Shown here: one piece after another, positions 30,146 through 40,512 of the stretch | Position numbering within the stretch: the first letter of the stretch is position 1 | Layout of the letters: every line of letters starts with the position of its first letter | The notes under the pieces: generated by a model | Told to the model about the DNA's origin: nothing | Seen by the model: only the letters and a program-made list of their open reading frames with translations | Databases searched by the model: none | From: Gemmatimonadota bacterium | Lineage (GTDB): Bacteria; Gemmatimonadota; Gemmatimonadetes; Gemmatimonadales; GWC2-71-9 | Direction: 5' to 3' | NCBI GenBank assembly: GCA_031400975.1 | Contig: JANNQX010000147.1 | Location: forward strand, 393 to 64,392 | DNA length: 64,000 bases | Made by a program: the position numbers and the translations under genes

Positions 30146-31034
30146 GCTCGTCGCACTGACCCTGCTGGCTGGTGGTGGGGCCGGACGTGCGGTGCTGGCG
30201 CAGGTCCGGGCCAGCGAGCGCGGCACGGTGTCCCAGACGATCGACGGCGCGGTGGTGACAGTGAATTACTCGCGGCCCCGGCTTCGAGGGCGGACGCCGC
30301 TGTTCGGGAAGGTGGTCCATTGGGGCGAGGTCTGGACCCCCGGGGCAAACTGGGCCACCACCCTTGAGCTCAGCCGCGAGGTGCGGCTCGACGGACATCC
30401 GATTCCGAAGGGGAAGTACTCGGTGTGGTTCGTGGTTCAGCCCGAAGAATGGACCCTGATTCTTGATCCGAGGGTGCACCGGTATCACACCGAGATACCG
30501 GACTCGATCGCCGGCCAGTTTCGATGGACGGTACGTCCGGCGGTGGCTCCGCCGACCGAAGTGTTGACCTGGGGCTTTCCCGACCTCAGGCCCGGGGGTG
30601 GGGTCCTTCAGATGGAGTGGGCAACGACCCGAGTGTCGATCAACGTCGCCGTCCCGCCGCGGCACCCCCTTACGATCGCCCGGACCGAGATTGAGCCGTA
30701 CCTCGGGCGTTACCGTCTGAACATGTCAGAGGCGGTTTCGGACAGCGGGGTTGCGAGTGAGGAACTGGTCGAGCTGGTGTACGAGGATGGTTCATTGAAA
30801 GCCCGGTTCGACCAGCCCCCGCCGTGGTATCCGAGCCTCCAGGGTTCGATCATGGTTCGCATCAACGACGATTGGTTCATCCCGACCATCGTTCGCAATG
30901 GGGAGGTCCTCGAGATGGTTGCCGATGCCATTTTCGAGTTTACCGTGGCGGACGGCCGGGCGGTGGCGTTCGAGGTTCGGGACGACCACGATGTCCTCTT
31001 GGGCCGCGGCCATCGGGTTTCGAACCAGCGGTAG
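30129..31034 (+). CDS. DUF2911-domain secreted protein
   Basis: RASERGTVSQ, YSRPRLRGR, VWTPGANWATT, GKYSVW. Confidence 0.8.
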   Translation: MRGFVRLVALTLLAGGGAGRAVLAQVRASERGTVSQTIDGAVVTVNYSRPRLRGRTPLFGKVVHWGEVWTPGANWATTLELSREVRLDGHPIPKGKYSVWFVVQPEEWTLILDPRVHRYHTEIPDSIAGQFRWTVRPAVAPPTEVLTWGFPDLRPGGGVLQMEWATTRVSINVAVPPRHPLTIARTEIEPYLGRYRLNMSEAVSDSGVASEELVELVYEDGSLKARFDQPPPWYPSLQGSIMVRINDDWFIPTIVRNGEVLEMVADAIFEFTVADGRAVAFEVRDDHDVLLGRGHRVSNQR

Positions 31035-31270
31035 TGTCGCCTAACGAATACTGGCGCGGGTTTCGAGAGGAGCGACGACCCTGAGGCTGTCTTGCGGGTT
31101 GCTGTCTTGCGCGTTCTGGATCGGGGGGGTCGCCAGGCGGATTCCCGTCCCGCGCCGCTTCGGCCGGCCCCGGGCTCTGGCGCACCCGGGCCGCTCCCCC
31201 CACATTACTGGAGGCCGGATTCGCCCGCCCCATTGAGCGGGCAACTCAACCCTCAGCGCCGAGCCTCTAA

Positions 31271-33850
31271 ATGCTACGCCCCCGGTTCCTCCGGCTTGTC
31301 CTTTTCGGTGTTGGGTTCCTTGCTCTCGGATGCGAGCGAGAATCGAAGCTGATCTCAGTCCTTCCCACTCTAGCGGTCTCCACAACCTCAGTTTCGTCGG
31401 TTGCCACGGTGGGGGGCGCTCCGGTTACCGAAACGGTGACGATCGTCAACGGCACCGACGGGGGCCTCGAGGGACTCTCCGTTTCGGTGCAGTTCATCGG
31501 AGGCGTCACGGGCTGGTTAACCGCGAACCTGAACCAGACCAGCGCGACCCGAGAACAGCCAGCCTCGATTCAGCTCCGAGCCACGCCGGGCTCTTTGGGC
31601 CTTGGCGTCTATCTTGCCAAGGTGGTGGTGTCGGCGCAGGGCGCCGGGAACGGTCCGATCACCGTCGGGGTCCGACTCACGATCGATCCACGGCCGCCGA
31701 CGAAGCTCGGGATCGTGACCCAGGCGTCGAGCCAAGTTCCGAATGGGGAAACGTTCGACCGTCAGCCGGTGGTTCAATTGCTCAATGCCATCAACGAGCC
31801 GGCGGCAAAGGCCGGGGTGGTGGTCGCGGTCGCGATCGGCAGCGGCGGCGGCCAGCTGGTGGGCGCGACCACCTCGGTGACCGGTCCCGACGGCCGAGCC
31901 ACGTTCGTCGGGCTTGGCCTCCTCGGGTCGGTTGGTAACCGAACGCTGATCTTCTCCGGACCCAATTTGACAGCGGTGAGCTCCAGCCCAGTCGGGTTGG
32001 TTCCAGGCGCCGCGAAGGCGCTTGAAGCGACCTCGGCTCTGGTTCAAACGGCCGATGCCGGCACCGCGGTGGCCGAAGCCCCGCAGGCGCGGGTGGTTGA
32101 TCAATCGGGCAACGGGATTCAGGGATTCCCGGTCACTTTCGTGGCCTCGGCCGGTAGCACCGTGACACCGGCTGGGGCGTTGACTACGTCGGGTACGGGA
32201 ACCGCCGGGCCGACCAGCTGGGTGCTCAATCCGGTAGCCGGCGCGAACAGCGTGACCGCATCGGCGGCAGGCCTGGCCGGCAGTCCACTGACCTTCACCG
32301 CGAGCGGCCGGGTCGGGGCGGCGGCGGCGCTGATCAAACAGTCGGGTGACAATGTGATCGGTCTGGTGAACTCGGTGCTCGGCACCCCCCATGTTGTCCA
32401 GGTCACCGACGCCTTCGGCAATGGGGTCGGCGGAATCGCGATCAGTTGGGGCGTCACGGGAGGCGGGAGCGTCAATCCGACCACCGGTGTCACCGATCAA
32501 GCCGGTCGGGCTCAAGCCGTTCGAACGCTACCGGGGGCGGCGGGCGCGGCGACGACGACGGCCTCCGCCACGATCGGCGGGACAGTCCGGACGGTTGGAT
32601 TTGGGGTCACCGTGGTGAACTCCGGGCCGGCCCTGATCGTCAAACTCACCGGGGACGGCCAGACGGCGGTGGCGGGGTCCACGTTGCCGACCGCACTGCA
32701 GGTTCGGGTCACCAACGGGCTCGGGAATCCCGAGCCGAACGTCGTGGTGACGTTTACGACGCCAAACGGGGGCAGCTTCCCAGGCGGCGCGGCGATCCCA
32801 ACCAATGCCAGTGGGCTGGCTTCGACGACCTGGAGGTTGGGCACCCTGGCTGGCCCGCAGACGGCCCAGGCGGCGGTGGGCGGGCCAGCGCCCGCCGCAT
32901 TCGCCGCCACGGCGACTGCGGGGGCGGTGAGCCCGGCGCAGTCGACAATCGCGGTCAGTCCGACGTCGATTTCGGCCGGTGGCAGCGGGAGTCTGATCAC
33001 CGTCACGGCGAGGGACGCCGGCGGGAATCCGGTCAGTGGCCTTCCGGTGGTTCTTGGGGTCATCGGGGCCGCAACGACGACCCCGATTGGGGCTACCAAT
33101 GCTTCGGGGCAGGCGACCAGCACCCTGACCGCGACGGCGGCGGGGGTCAAAGTCGCCTCGGCGACCGTCGGAGGAACCTTGATCACCCAGACCGCGACCG
33201 TGACGGTCGTGGCCGGCACCCCGACCCAGATCGTGGCGCAAGTGTCGACGACGCCCTCGGTGCGGTTCGGGCAGGCCGTGAGTCCGGCGCCGTCGGTCCG
33301 GGTACTCGACGCGTTCGGCAATGGGGTGCCGAGTGTGGCCATGACATTCGGGATTACCACGGGGCAGAGCACCGTGGCGGGGCCGAGCGCAACCAATTCC
33401 AGCGGGATTGCGACCGCAGCGTGGACTATCGGTGCGCTCTTCGGGGGTCCGGGGGCCAACAACGTGTACAATCGGCTCGTCGTGACCGCGACGGGTGGTG
33501 GTATCAGCAACAACCCGATCACCTTCGTGGGCACCGCGGCGGTCTCGTTTGCCTCGGATCTGGTCCCCTTCTTTCGCCGAACTCAAGCGACCGGCGGCTG
33601 CACCAACTCATCGTGCCACGGAAACTCAAATCCATTCCAGGTCCCTAACTATGACCAGGCCACGGCGAGCCTGTATGCCTTTCTCACCTCCGGAACTCGA
33701 TACGTGGTCGCCTTTGATTCGACCAATAGTTCGGCGTCGGCCAACTTGCTGTGGCGAAATCCGGCGTTGGGCCACACGCCCTCAGCGTTCCCGACGAACC
33801 TCGTGACGATCATCAAGGCCTGGGTTCGCCAGGGCGCCCCCAACAACTGA
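31271..33850 (+). CDS. Lipoprotein with multiple Ig-like (Big_1/invasin-type) domains and a C-terminal cytochrome c-like domain
   Basis: Lipobox ALGC; repeated V.V.D..GN.V.G..V.F / T...G.A units; C-terminal VSFASD...CTNSSCH...IKAWVRQGA. Confidence 0.75.
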   Translation: MLRPRFLRLVLFGVGFLALGCERESKLISVLPTLAVSTTSVSSVATVGGAPVTETVTIVNGTDGGLEGLSVSVQFIGGVTGWLTANLNQTSATREQPASIQLRATPGSLGLGVYLAKVVVSAQGAGNGPITVGVRLTIDPRPPTKLGIVTQASSQVPNGETFDRQPVVQLLNAINEPAAKAGVVVAVAIGSGGGQLVGATTSVTGPDGRATFVGLGLLGSVGNRTLIFSGPNLTAVSSSPVGLVPGAAKALEATSALVQTADAGTAVAEAPQARVVDQSGNGIQGFPVTFVASAGSTVTPAGALTTSGTGTAGPTSWVLNPVAGANSVTASAAGLAGSPLTFTASGRVGAAAALIKQSGDNVIGLVNSVLGTPHVVQVTDAFGNGVGGIAISWGVTGGGSVNPTTGVTDQAGRAQAVRTLPGAAGAATTTASATIGGTVRTVGFGVTVVNSGPALIVKLTGDGQTAVAGSTLPTALQVRVTNGLGNPEPNVVVTFTTPNGGSFPGGAAIPTNASGLASTTWRLGTLAGPQTAQAAVGGPAPAAFAATATAGAVSPAQSTIAVSPTSISAGGSGSLITVTARDAGGNPVSGLPVVLGVIGAATTTPIGATNASGQATSTLTATAAGVKVASATVGGTLITQTATVTVVAGTPTQIVAQVSTTPSVRFGQAVSPAPSVRVLDAFGNGVPSVAMTFGITTGQSTVAGPSATNSSGIATAAWTIGALFGGPGANNVYNRLVVTATGGGISNNPITFVGTAAVSFASDLVPFFRRTQATGGCTNSSCHGNSNPFQVPNYDQATASLYAFLTSGTRYVVAFDSTNSSASANLLWRNPALGHTPSAFPTNLVTIIKAWVRQGAPNN

Positions 33851-33867
33851 GCACCAAAGGATCACTG

Positions 33868-35169
33868 ATGCGTTCGTTCGCACTTCTGACCGCCGTTCTG
33901 GTCGCGATTCCGGGCTCGGCCGCGGCCCAAGGCCTTCGGGGCAAGGTGTCCGATCTGTTCCGGTTTGGAGCCACCTGCAGCACACCGATCTGTCTCGATC
34001 TTGACCCGAATTCCGGCGGGGGGCACGGCGAGCACTACAACCCGGCCGCGCTCGCCAGCGGGGCGAATTTGATCGACTTTCTCACCAATGCCATCGGGGT
34101 CAGCATCTCCAACATCCCCCTGAGCGCGGCGTCGGGCGGGGCGATCTGGGGCCGGTCGGCCACGGGGCTGCCGGTACGGACCGCGACGTCCTCGGGGCCG
34201 ATTTTCGCCGAACGAGGCCAAACACTTGGGCGGGGTCGGGTCCTGTTGTCCACGACCTTCAATCAGATCGGCTATCGGTCGTTGCGGGGAGTGCCGATGT
34301 CCGACCTGGTCTTCACCTTCACGCACCAAGACAGCAACAACGACGGATTGGGTGATCCGAACTTCGAGAGCGACGTGATCGAGATGCGGGCCGACGTGAG
34401 CGTCAACGTTGCAGCCGTCACCCCGGTGCTGAGCTACGGCTTGACGGATCGGATCGACATCAGCGTGGCCCTCCCGTTGATCCGAGCGTCGATGTCGGGG
34501 GTGAGCGAGGCGCAAATCATCCCGTTCGCCAATCCCACGCCGCACCATTTCGGGACCGGCCAGAATCCGTTGCTGCGCGCCACGACGTCGGCCTCAGGGT
34601 CGGCGTCGGGGATCGGCGACGTCGCGATTCGGGCCAAAGCGGGGCTGGTGGCGACGCCGACGGGGGCCTTCGCCCTGCTGGGCGATGTCCGGCTGGCCAC
34701 CGGTAAAGCAGAAGATTTTCTGGGGTCGGGCGGGACGTCCTTCAGTGTGATTGGAATTGGGTCGCTCCGGCGAGGGGCCTTCTCGCCGCATCTCAACGGC
34801 GGCTACATTCATCGGGGCGGAGAATTCCAGAATGACGCGATCATCGCCACGGTGGGATTCGATCATCTGATGGGCCGAAACGCGACGCTGGCGGTAGACG
34901 TGATCACGTCATGGCAGGTGGGCGATTCGAAGCTGGCCTTCCCGGCGCCGATCGCCGTTAACGCGCTGATCGGTACGGCGAACGCGGTCCGGGTGGTCCG
35001 GCCGACCAGCATCCCGGATCGGCGCGACGACTTGGCGCTGGCGTCGCTCGGCGCCAAACTTGGGATTGCCACTGGGGTCAACCTGATCGTCAACACCCTG
35101 GTGCCGCTCCGCCAGAATGGGTTGCAACCGAACGTTGGCTGGACGCTGGGTTTCGAATACAGCTTCTAG
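33868..35169 (+). CDS. Outer-membrane beta-barrel protein
   Basis: Signal peptide, amphipathic strands, SGIGDVAIRAK, C-terminal beta-signal GWTLGFEYSF. Confidence 0.75.
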   Translation: MRSFALLTAVLVAIPGSAAAQGLRGKVSDLFRFGATCSTPICLDLDPNSGGGHGEHYNPAALASGANLIDFLTNAIGVSISNIPLSAASGGAIWGRSATGLPVRTATSSGPIFAERGQTLGRGRVLLSTTFNQIGYRSLRGVPMSDLVFTFTHQDSNNDGLGDPNFESDVIEMRADVSVNVAAVTPVLSYGLTDRIDISVALPLIRASMSGVSEAQIIPFANPTPHHFGTGQNPLLRATTSASGSASGIGDVAIRAKAGLVATPTGAFALLGDVRLATGKAEDFLGSGGTSFSVIGIGSLRRGAFSPHLNGGYIHRGGEFQNDAIIATVGFDHLMGRNATLAVDVITSWQVGDSKLAFPAPIAVNALIGTANAVRVVRPTSIPDRRDDLALASLGAKLGIATGVNLIVNTLVPLRQNGLQPNVGWTLGFEYSF

Positions 35170-35205
35170 AAACGCTCCCGGCGCGGGGCCCGATCGCGAG
35201 GAACG

Positions 35206-37389
35206 GTGACGTCTAATCAAGCAACCGCGGTCCGGACCGCCTGCTCGCGGTGCGGCGAACGACTGGGATCGGACGACAACTTCTGCGTCGGCTGCGGTCA
35301 GCAAGTCGCCGGGATGTCGGCGAGCGGCCCAGCCCCCTCGGGCAGTACCACCGTTCTCGGCACCTCCACGCCGGCGACCAGCACGCCGGCCCCGTTACCG
35401 ACCCGGGCCGAGTTGCGGCTGACCGCCCTGCCCACAGCTCGGTCCGCTATCGTAGCCACCTGTTCCCGCTGCCAGACGACGCTAGGCCCCGAAGAGCGGT
35501 TCTGTTCCGGATGTGGACGACCTCGGGATGGGACCGAGGCCCTCAACGTCACCGGACTCGAATCGAAAGCCGAAGCCGGCTGGCGGGAGGTGCAGGACCG
35601 GCTTCAGGCCGCCACTGAAGGCCGCTACCAAGTAGTCCGTGAGCTTGGCCGAGGTGGGATGGCGGCGGTGTATCTGGCCAAGGAAATCGCCCTCAATCGG
35701 GAAGTGGCGATCAAGGTCATGCGGCCGAGCTTCCTGCTCGATCCGGGCATGGTAGAGCGGTTCCTTCGGGAAGCCCGGACGATGGCCTCGCTCCGGCACC
35801 CGAACATCGTCGCGATCCACTCGGTTGAAGAAGCGAACCAGCTCTATTTTTTCGTGATGCAGTACATTGCCGGGCGATCGCTCGACCGGGTCATCGGGGG
35901 AGAGCAGCTGCCCGTCGCGGCGATGCAAGCGGTCATCTTCGAAGCGGCGGCCGCCCTGACCCATGCCCACAAGCAGGGGGTCGTACACCGGGATATCAAG
36001 CCGGCCAACATCATGCTCGATCGGGAGGGGAACGCGATCGTCACGGACTTCGGGATCGCGAAAGTGGCCGACGTCCAGGCGACGTCGGCCACGATTGGGC
36101 AGATGGGGACTCCGCTGTACATGAGCCCGGAGCAATGCGAAGGCCTCGCGGTGACTCCTCAGGCCGATCAGTACTCGCTCGGCAACGTCGCCTACGAGAT
36201 GTTGACCGGGGCGCCGCCGTTCCAGCGCCCGACCGCGATTGCCCTCGGCACGGCGATCCTTCACGACAAGCCCAAGCCGATTCGGACCTTCCGGGATGAC
36301 TGCCCGCCCGACATTGAGGCAGCCGTGTTGCGAATGCTGGCGAAAACGCCGGCCGAGCGGTTCCCGACGCTCACCGAAGCGGCAGCCGCGCTTGGCGGTG
36401 ATCGGTTGGCCGACGACGATCCGCTCCGGGAATATCTCCGGATCCTGGCCCAGCGAGACTCGCGGTCAGACGGAAGACACCTCACGCCGCGACCTTCGAA
36501 AACGGGGTCGGGCTGGCGCCGCCAGTGGACCGGCCTGGCTGGGCGGCGACTGCGCCGGACAGTGGCGGCGGTGATCCTGATTGGTACCGTCGCCCCGCTC
36601 GGATACTATGCAATTCGCCAAGTGCTCAGCCCGGACGACCCGAAACCGGTGCTAGAAGGGACCACCCGGGATGCAATCGTTGCCGGGCGTGAGACGGTCT
36701 CGCCTTCACCGGCGGCGGGGCCGGTTGTCGGGCCGCCGGCGCCGGAGACCGCACCACTGCGACCAACGGTAGACCCAGCGGCCAGGGCCAAGGCGCTGTT
36801 GGCCTCAGTTCGCGCGGCGATTCGGCGGAACGACTGGCAGCTGGCCAGGGACAGTCTACGGACCGCGATTCGAATTGGGCCTCGAACCCCCGAATTGACC
36901 GGGCTCGAGACTCGAGTGAATGCTGGGCTCGCGGCCGCCGGGTCGGACATTACCCGGGTCGATCCGACGCCCGGCCCGGTTCCGGGTCCGGCCCCGGCCA
37001 CCGTTCCAGCTGTCGTGGAGCCACCGCCCCCTCCGCCGAAGGCCTTCGACGAGGTGCCGGTCCGGGAGGTGATCGACGCCTACGTCGGGGCGATCAATGG
37101 TCGGAATCTCGGTCAGATCCGGGGGATCTACCCGGGCATCACGGCCGAGCAGGCGGGGGCCTGGCAGGAGCGTTTCCTGAAGGAGATCAAACAGCTGACG
37201 GCTACGGCGACGCGGCCGCAGATTGTGGCGACCGCCGGCGGTGCGACAGCAACCTTCACGCTTGACTTGACCCTGGTGCCGGACCACGCGGAGCCTCTGA
37301 AGTATCGGATTCGCTGCGACGCGGTTCTCCGGGCCGAGGCCGGTTCCTGGAAGATCACCTCGCTCATCGAACGCGGCGAGGAGCGGTAG
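35206..37389 (+). CDS. Transmembrane Hanks-type Ser/Thr kinase with two N-terminal Zn ribbons
   Basis: CSRC..CVGC and CSRC..CSGC; GRGGMA, VAIK, HRDIKPAN, DFG, GTPLYMSPE; TM; extracytoplasmic C-terminus. Confidence 0.92.
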   Translation: MTSNQATAVRTACSRCGERLGSDDNFCVGCGQQVAGMSASGPAPSGSTTVLGTSTPATSTPAPLPTRAELRLTALPTARSAIVATCSRCQTTLGPEERFCSGCGRPRDGTEALNVTGLESKAEAGWREVQDRLQAATEGRYQVVRELGRGGMAAVYLAKEIALNREVAIKVMRPSFLLDPGMVERFLREARTMASLRHPNIVAIHSVEEANQLYFFVMQYIAGRSLDRVIGGEQLPVAAMQAVIFEAAAALTHAHKQGVVHRDIKPANIMLDREGNAIVTDFGIAKVADVQATSATIGQMGTPLYMSPEQCEGLAVTPQADQYSLGNVAYEMLTGAPPFQRPTAIALGTAILHDKPKPIRTFRDDCPPDIEAAVLRMLAKTPAERFPTLTEAAAALGGDRLADDDPLREYLRILAQRDSRSDGRHLTPRPSKTGSGWRRQWTGLAGRRLRRTVAAVILIGTVAPLGYYAIRQVLSPDDPKPVLEGTTRDAIVAGRETVSPSPAAGPVVGPPAPETAPLRPTVDPAARAKALLASVRAAIRRNDWQLARDSLRTAIRIGPRTPELTGLETRVNAGLAAAGSDITRVDPTPGPVPGPAPATVPAVVEPPPPPPKAFDEVPVREVIDAYVGAINGRNLGQIRGIYPGITAEQAGAWQERFLKEIKQLTATATRPQIVATAGGATATFTLDLTLVPDHAEPLKYRIRCDAVLRAEAGSWKITSLIERGEER

Positions 37390-38244
37390 ATGGCGCAGTC
37401 CTTTTGGCAATCGCTGTCGCGGGCCAGTTATTTCGGGGGCGCCGTCGGGATGACTGGGGCCGCCGCGGCTTGGATCGGCGCTCAGACGATCACGACGCTC
37501 GGGCCGGTGATTAGCAGCTATGGGGCGCTGGACCTGATCGTGCTCGCGCTCCTGGGAGCCGCGGTCGGCGGATTGGTCGGCGCGGGATCGGCCAGCCTAC
37601 GGGACGAGCCGGTGGGTCGGGCCGCCGGCCTCGGTTTGCTCTTGGGGGCGGGTGGGGCGGCCGCCGGGGGACTGATCGCATTTCTACTGGTCGGGGCGGT
37701 TGGTCTGGATCGGTCGGCAGGGGGCTTTTGGGTTACCCGGGCGTTGGTCTGGACGTTGGCCGGCGGGGCCATGGGCTCGGCGATCGCCGCGCCGACTGCG
37801 CCCGGGGGCCGGACCCGACTCATCCGGGCGGCGTTAGGCGGAGCCGCCGCCGGTTTGCTGGGTGCGGGGCTGCTCTCGGCACCGGGGCCGTCGGCCGTCT
37901 GGCAGCTGGTCGCGTTCCTGATGATGGGCGCGCTGGTGGGGTATGGTTGTCTGGCGGTGGTTCCCGGGTCGTGGGTGGTCGAACGAATCCAGTCCGCGCG
38001 GGCCGTCGGCCTGTGGCAACATCGGGAATGGGAAATCGAAGACGGGCGGCCGGCCGTCATAGGACATCAGGTCCGAGTGGAGTCGACCGGGGGGCAGGGC
38101 CGGGTTGGGCCGACAGGAGCCGGCGGATCGCCGGTGACGATCGGCGGACGGGCGGTTCGAGCGGGAACCGCGTTGTCGCCCGGCGATCGGATCCGAATCG
38201 GTGAGGTCGAGTATCTGGTCCGGCGAACGGGGAGTGGCCGGTGA
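37390..38244 (+). CDS. Multi-pass membrane protein with degenerate FHA-like C-terminus
   Basis: ~6 Gly/Ala-rich TMs; C-terminal TIGGRAV...LSPGDRIRIG FHA-type ending without GR/SxxH. Confidence 0.6.
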   Translation: MAQSFWQSLSRASYFGGAVGMTGAAAAWIGAQTITTLGPVISSYGALDLIVLALLGAAVGGLVGAGSASLRDEPVGRAAGLGLLLGAGGAAAGGLIAFLLVGAVGLDRSAGGFWVTRALVWTLAGGAMGSAIAAPTAPGGRTRLIRAALGGAAAGLLGAGLLSAPGPSAVWQLVAFLMMGALVGYGCLAVVPGSWVVERIQSARAVGLWQHREWEIEDGRPAVIGHQVRVESTGGQGRVGPTGAGGSPVTIGGRAVRAGTALSPGDRIRIGEVEYLVRRTGSGR

Positions 38245-39551
38245 AAAGTGGTTGGCGGCTCGGGCTGTTGGCGGCGGCCGGTTGTGGCGGCAGCCAGGGC
38301 GGGAGACCGGCAGCGCTGATGCGGTGCGCCCCGGACGGTCCGACATCGTGCCTAACGGCCCGGGCCACGTTCGCACCGGACCAGGCTGTCCAATTGATCG
38401 GGATCGATCCGGCCGACCGGGTGGCGGGCTGGCGGGCGCTGTTTCGGGGTGACACGCTGCTGGGAGTCGGAGCCCCGGCTACCACGACCCCGGTTGGCGG
38501 GCGAGTCCTCGTCTTGGTCGACGTGAGCGGCAGTATGAAAGGTTCGAAAATCGGCTCGGCGCGGCTGGTGTTGCGCCAGTTTTTAGGATCGCTCGACTCT
38601 TTGCCGCGGGGTTCGGTTCGGGTGGCGGTGGCCCCCTTCGGCAGTGCGAACGTGGCTCGTCGAATCGGAGCCGCTCGGTTCGAGCCCCCGGATTCGGCGG
38701 GTTCGGCGATCACCGGCCTCCCGAGCCCGGACCGCGAGAACACGGCACTCTACAGCGCCGTCACCCTTGGTATCCGTCGGCTCAGCGACGAAGTGGGCCG
38801 GGCCGGCCCGGCCACGGTTGGCCTCTTGGTGGTCATCACCGACGGCAATAACGACGTTCGGCCCGGCGACGACACGGGCTTGCTGGCGGGCGAGGCTGGA
38901 TTGGCCGAGGCCAGCGCGGCCGTCTCGGCGAGTCCTGCGGCGATTGGGGTCCTCGGGATCGGCAATCTGGATCGGGGCGCGCTCGACCGGCTGGCGGGGC
39001 CCCGGGGACGGGTCTTTGGGATTGCCGCAACCCCGAGCGCCTTCGACTTGTCCAGGCCATTGGCGACGATGGCTGGCGTTCTGCAGACGAGTTGGCTGGT
39101 GAGCTTTCCGATCCCGGCGGCCGAGCGTTCGACGCTGGCGCGGGGCTCGGAGGGACTGGAGCTGGGGCTTACGTTCGACGGGGCACTGATCCCGGCCGGC
39201 GCGGCGACCTGGAGGGGGCCGGTAGTCGCACTGCCGGCATTTGGTGGAATCGTACCCGCTGCCGTGCGCCCGTCGTTGATCGGGGCCGCCCGCCGGGGCG
39301 GGTGGTACGGCGCGGCCTTGGCGGCGGGGGTGTTGCTGATCCTGCTCCTCGAAGTTTGGGTGGTCGTGCCGCGGCTGGTTTGGGGGGCAGGTGCCGGACT
39401 CGTTGGGGGACCCGCGTCCCCGTCGGCTGCCAAACTGACCTCACGTCGCCCGACCGTGGCCCCTCAAGGTTCAGCGATTCGCACCGATGTGACCGAGGCG
39501 CCGCCCCGGAAGCCCTCCGATATCACCGCGTCGCGGGCTAACCGGGCCTAA
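38241..39551 (+). CDS. vWA-domain lipoprotein with C-terminal TM
   Basis: AAAGC lipobox-like; MIDAS DVSGS, NTALY, ITDG. Confidence 0.85.
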   Translation: MKSGWRLGLLAAAGCGGSQGGRPAALMRCAPDGPTSCLTARATFAPDQAVQLIGIDPADRVAGWRALFRGDTLLGVGAPATTTPVGGRVLVLVDVSGSMKGSKIGSARLVLRQFLGSLDSLPRGSVRVAVAPFGSANVARRIGAARFEPPDSAGSAITGLPSPDRENTALYSAVTLGIRRLSDEVGRAGPATVGLLVVITDGNNDVRPGDDTGLLAGEAGLAEASAAVSASPAAIGVLGIGNLDRGALDRLAGPRGRVFGIAATPSAFDLSRPLATMAGVLQTSWLVSFPIPAAERSTLARGSEGLELGLTFDGALIPAGAATWRGPVVALPAFGGIVPAAVRPSLIGAARRGGWYGAALAAGVLLILLLEVWVVVPRLVWGAGAGLVGGPASPSAAKLTSRRPTVAPQGSAIRTDVTEAPPRKPSDITASRANRA

Positions 39552-39561
39552 CGAGGAGATC

Positions 39562-40512
39562 ATGACGAGCCTGTGGTTTCTCGCCGCGATGGTGATGGTC
39601 GGCGTTCAAGGAGTCGATACCAGCCGGCAGGCCGCGACCGATGAGGCCGAAGCCCTCCGAGCGGCCGTCGCGCAAGCCATCGCGGCCGACAATGTCGCGG
39701 ATCCATCGATCGATCATGTCAATGAGCGAATCGAGCGGTGGACCTCGGTGCTGGTCATGGCCCCTCGCGGGAGCGTTGAGGCGACCGACGCGGAGGCGGC
39801 GGTGGCCGTGGCCCGGCGGGATCTCCAGGCGGCCCGGTCGCGGGCGTTCGAGTCCGGGAATCTCGATGAGTCGACCCGGGGTATCTTCGAAGCCAAACTG
39901 GCCGCGGCCCGCGACTACCTCGCCGTCAAGGAATGGGCCGATGCCGAAGAGAACCTTCGGTATGTGCTGGATCGAAGTCCGAGCTACCCGCCCGCGTTGA
40001 GTCTACTTGACGAACTCCAGCGGAAGCAGGCCGCGGCGGACAGCCGCCGAATGCTCATTGTGGTGGGTGTCGGATTGGCCGTGGTCCTGGCGTTAGGCAT
40101 CCTGGTGGTGACGATGGGGCTCCGGGCCCGGGACGACCGTCGGGTCGGCACCAGCGGAGGCTCCGGCCCTCCGGCGAGCCGAAACGTGATGCTCCAGATC
40201 GTCGAGGGCGTCGGCAAGGGCACCGTGGTCACGATCGGGCGAGAGCGGCCGGCCTTTCGGATCGGGGCCGCCCTTGGAGCGGAACGGGGGCAGAGTCGGA
40301 ACGACCTGATCATCAGCGACTCGGCTCGGTTGATTTCCCGATTCCACTGCACCGTAGAGCGGAGTGGAGCCGGCTATTGCTTGGTGGACTCGAGCACCAA
40401 CGGAACGAGCCTCAACGGGGTCGTAGCGGCCCGGGGCCAGCAGGTCCCGCTGGCCGACGGCGACGAGATCACGATCGCCGAAGTGTCGCGGCTCAAGTTT
40501 CAGCAACCCTGA
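39562..40512 (+). CDS. Bitopic protein: helical/TPR-like exported domain, TM, C-terminal FHA
   Basis: Signal peptide, TM, ISRFHC, DSSTNGTSLNG, LADGDEITI. Confidence 0.85.
   Translation: MTSLWFLAAMVMVGVQGVDTSRQAATDEAEALRAAVAQAIAADNVADPSIDHVNERIERWTSVLVMAPRGSVEATDAEAAVAVARRDLQAARSRAFESGNLDESTRGIFEAKLAAARDYLAVKEWADAEENLRYVLDRSPSYPPALSLLDELQRKQAAADSRRMLIVVGVGLAVVLALGILVVTMGLRARDDRRVGTSGGSGPPASRNVMLQIVEGVGKGTVVTIGRERPAFRIGAALGAERGQSRNDLIISDSARLISRFHCTVERSGAGYCLVDSSTNGTSLNGVVAARGQQVPLADGDEITIAEVSRLKFQQP

Noticed and set aside
31035-31270. GC-rich hairpins upstream of the Ig lipoprotein as a possible riboswitch
   Set aside because: Short stems (e.g. GCCCGC/GCGGGC) are expected at this GC content; no recognisable riboswitch consensus.
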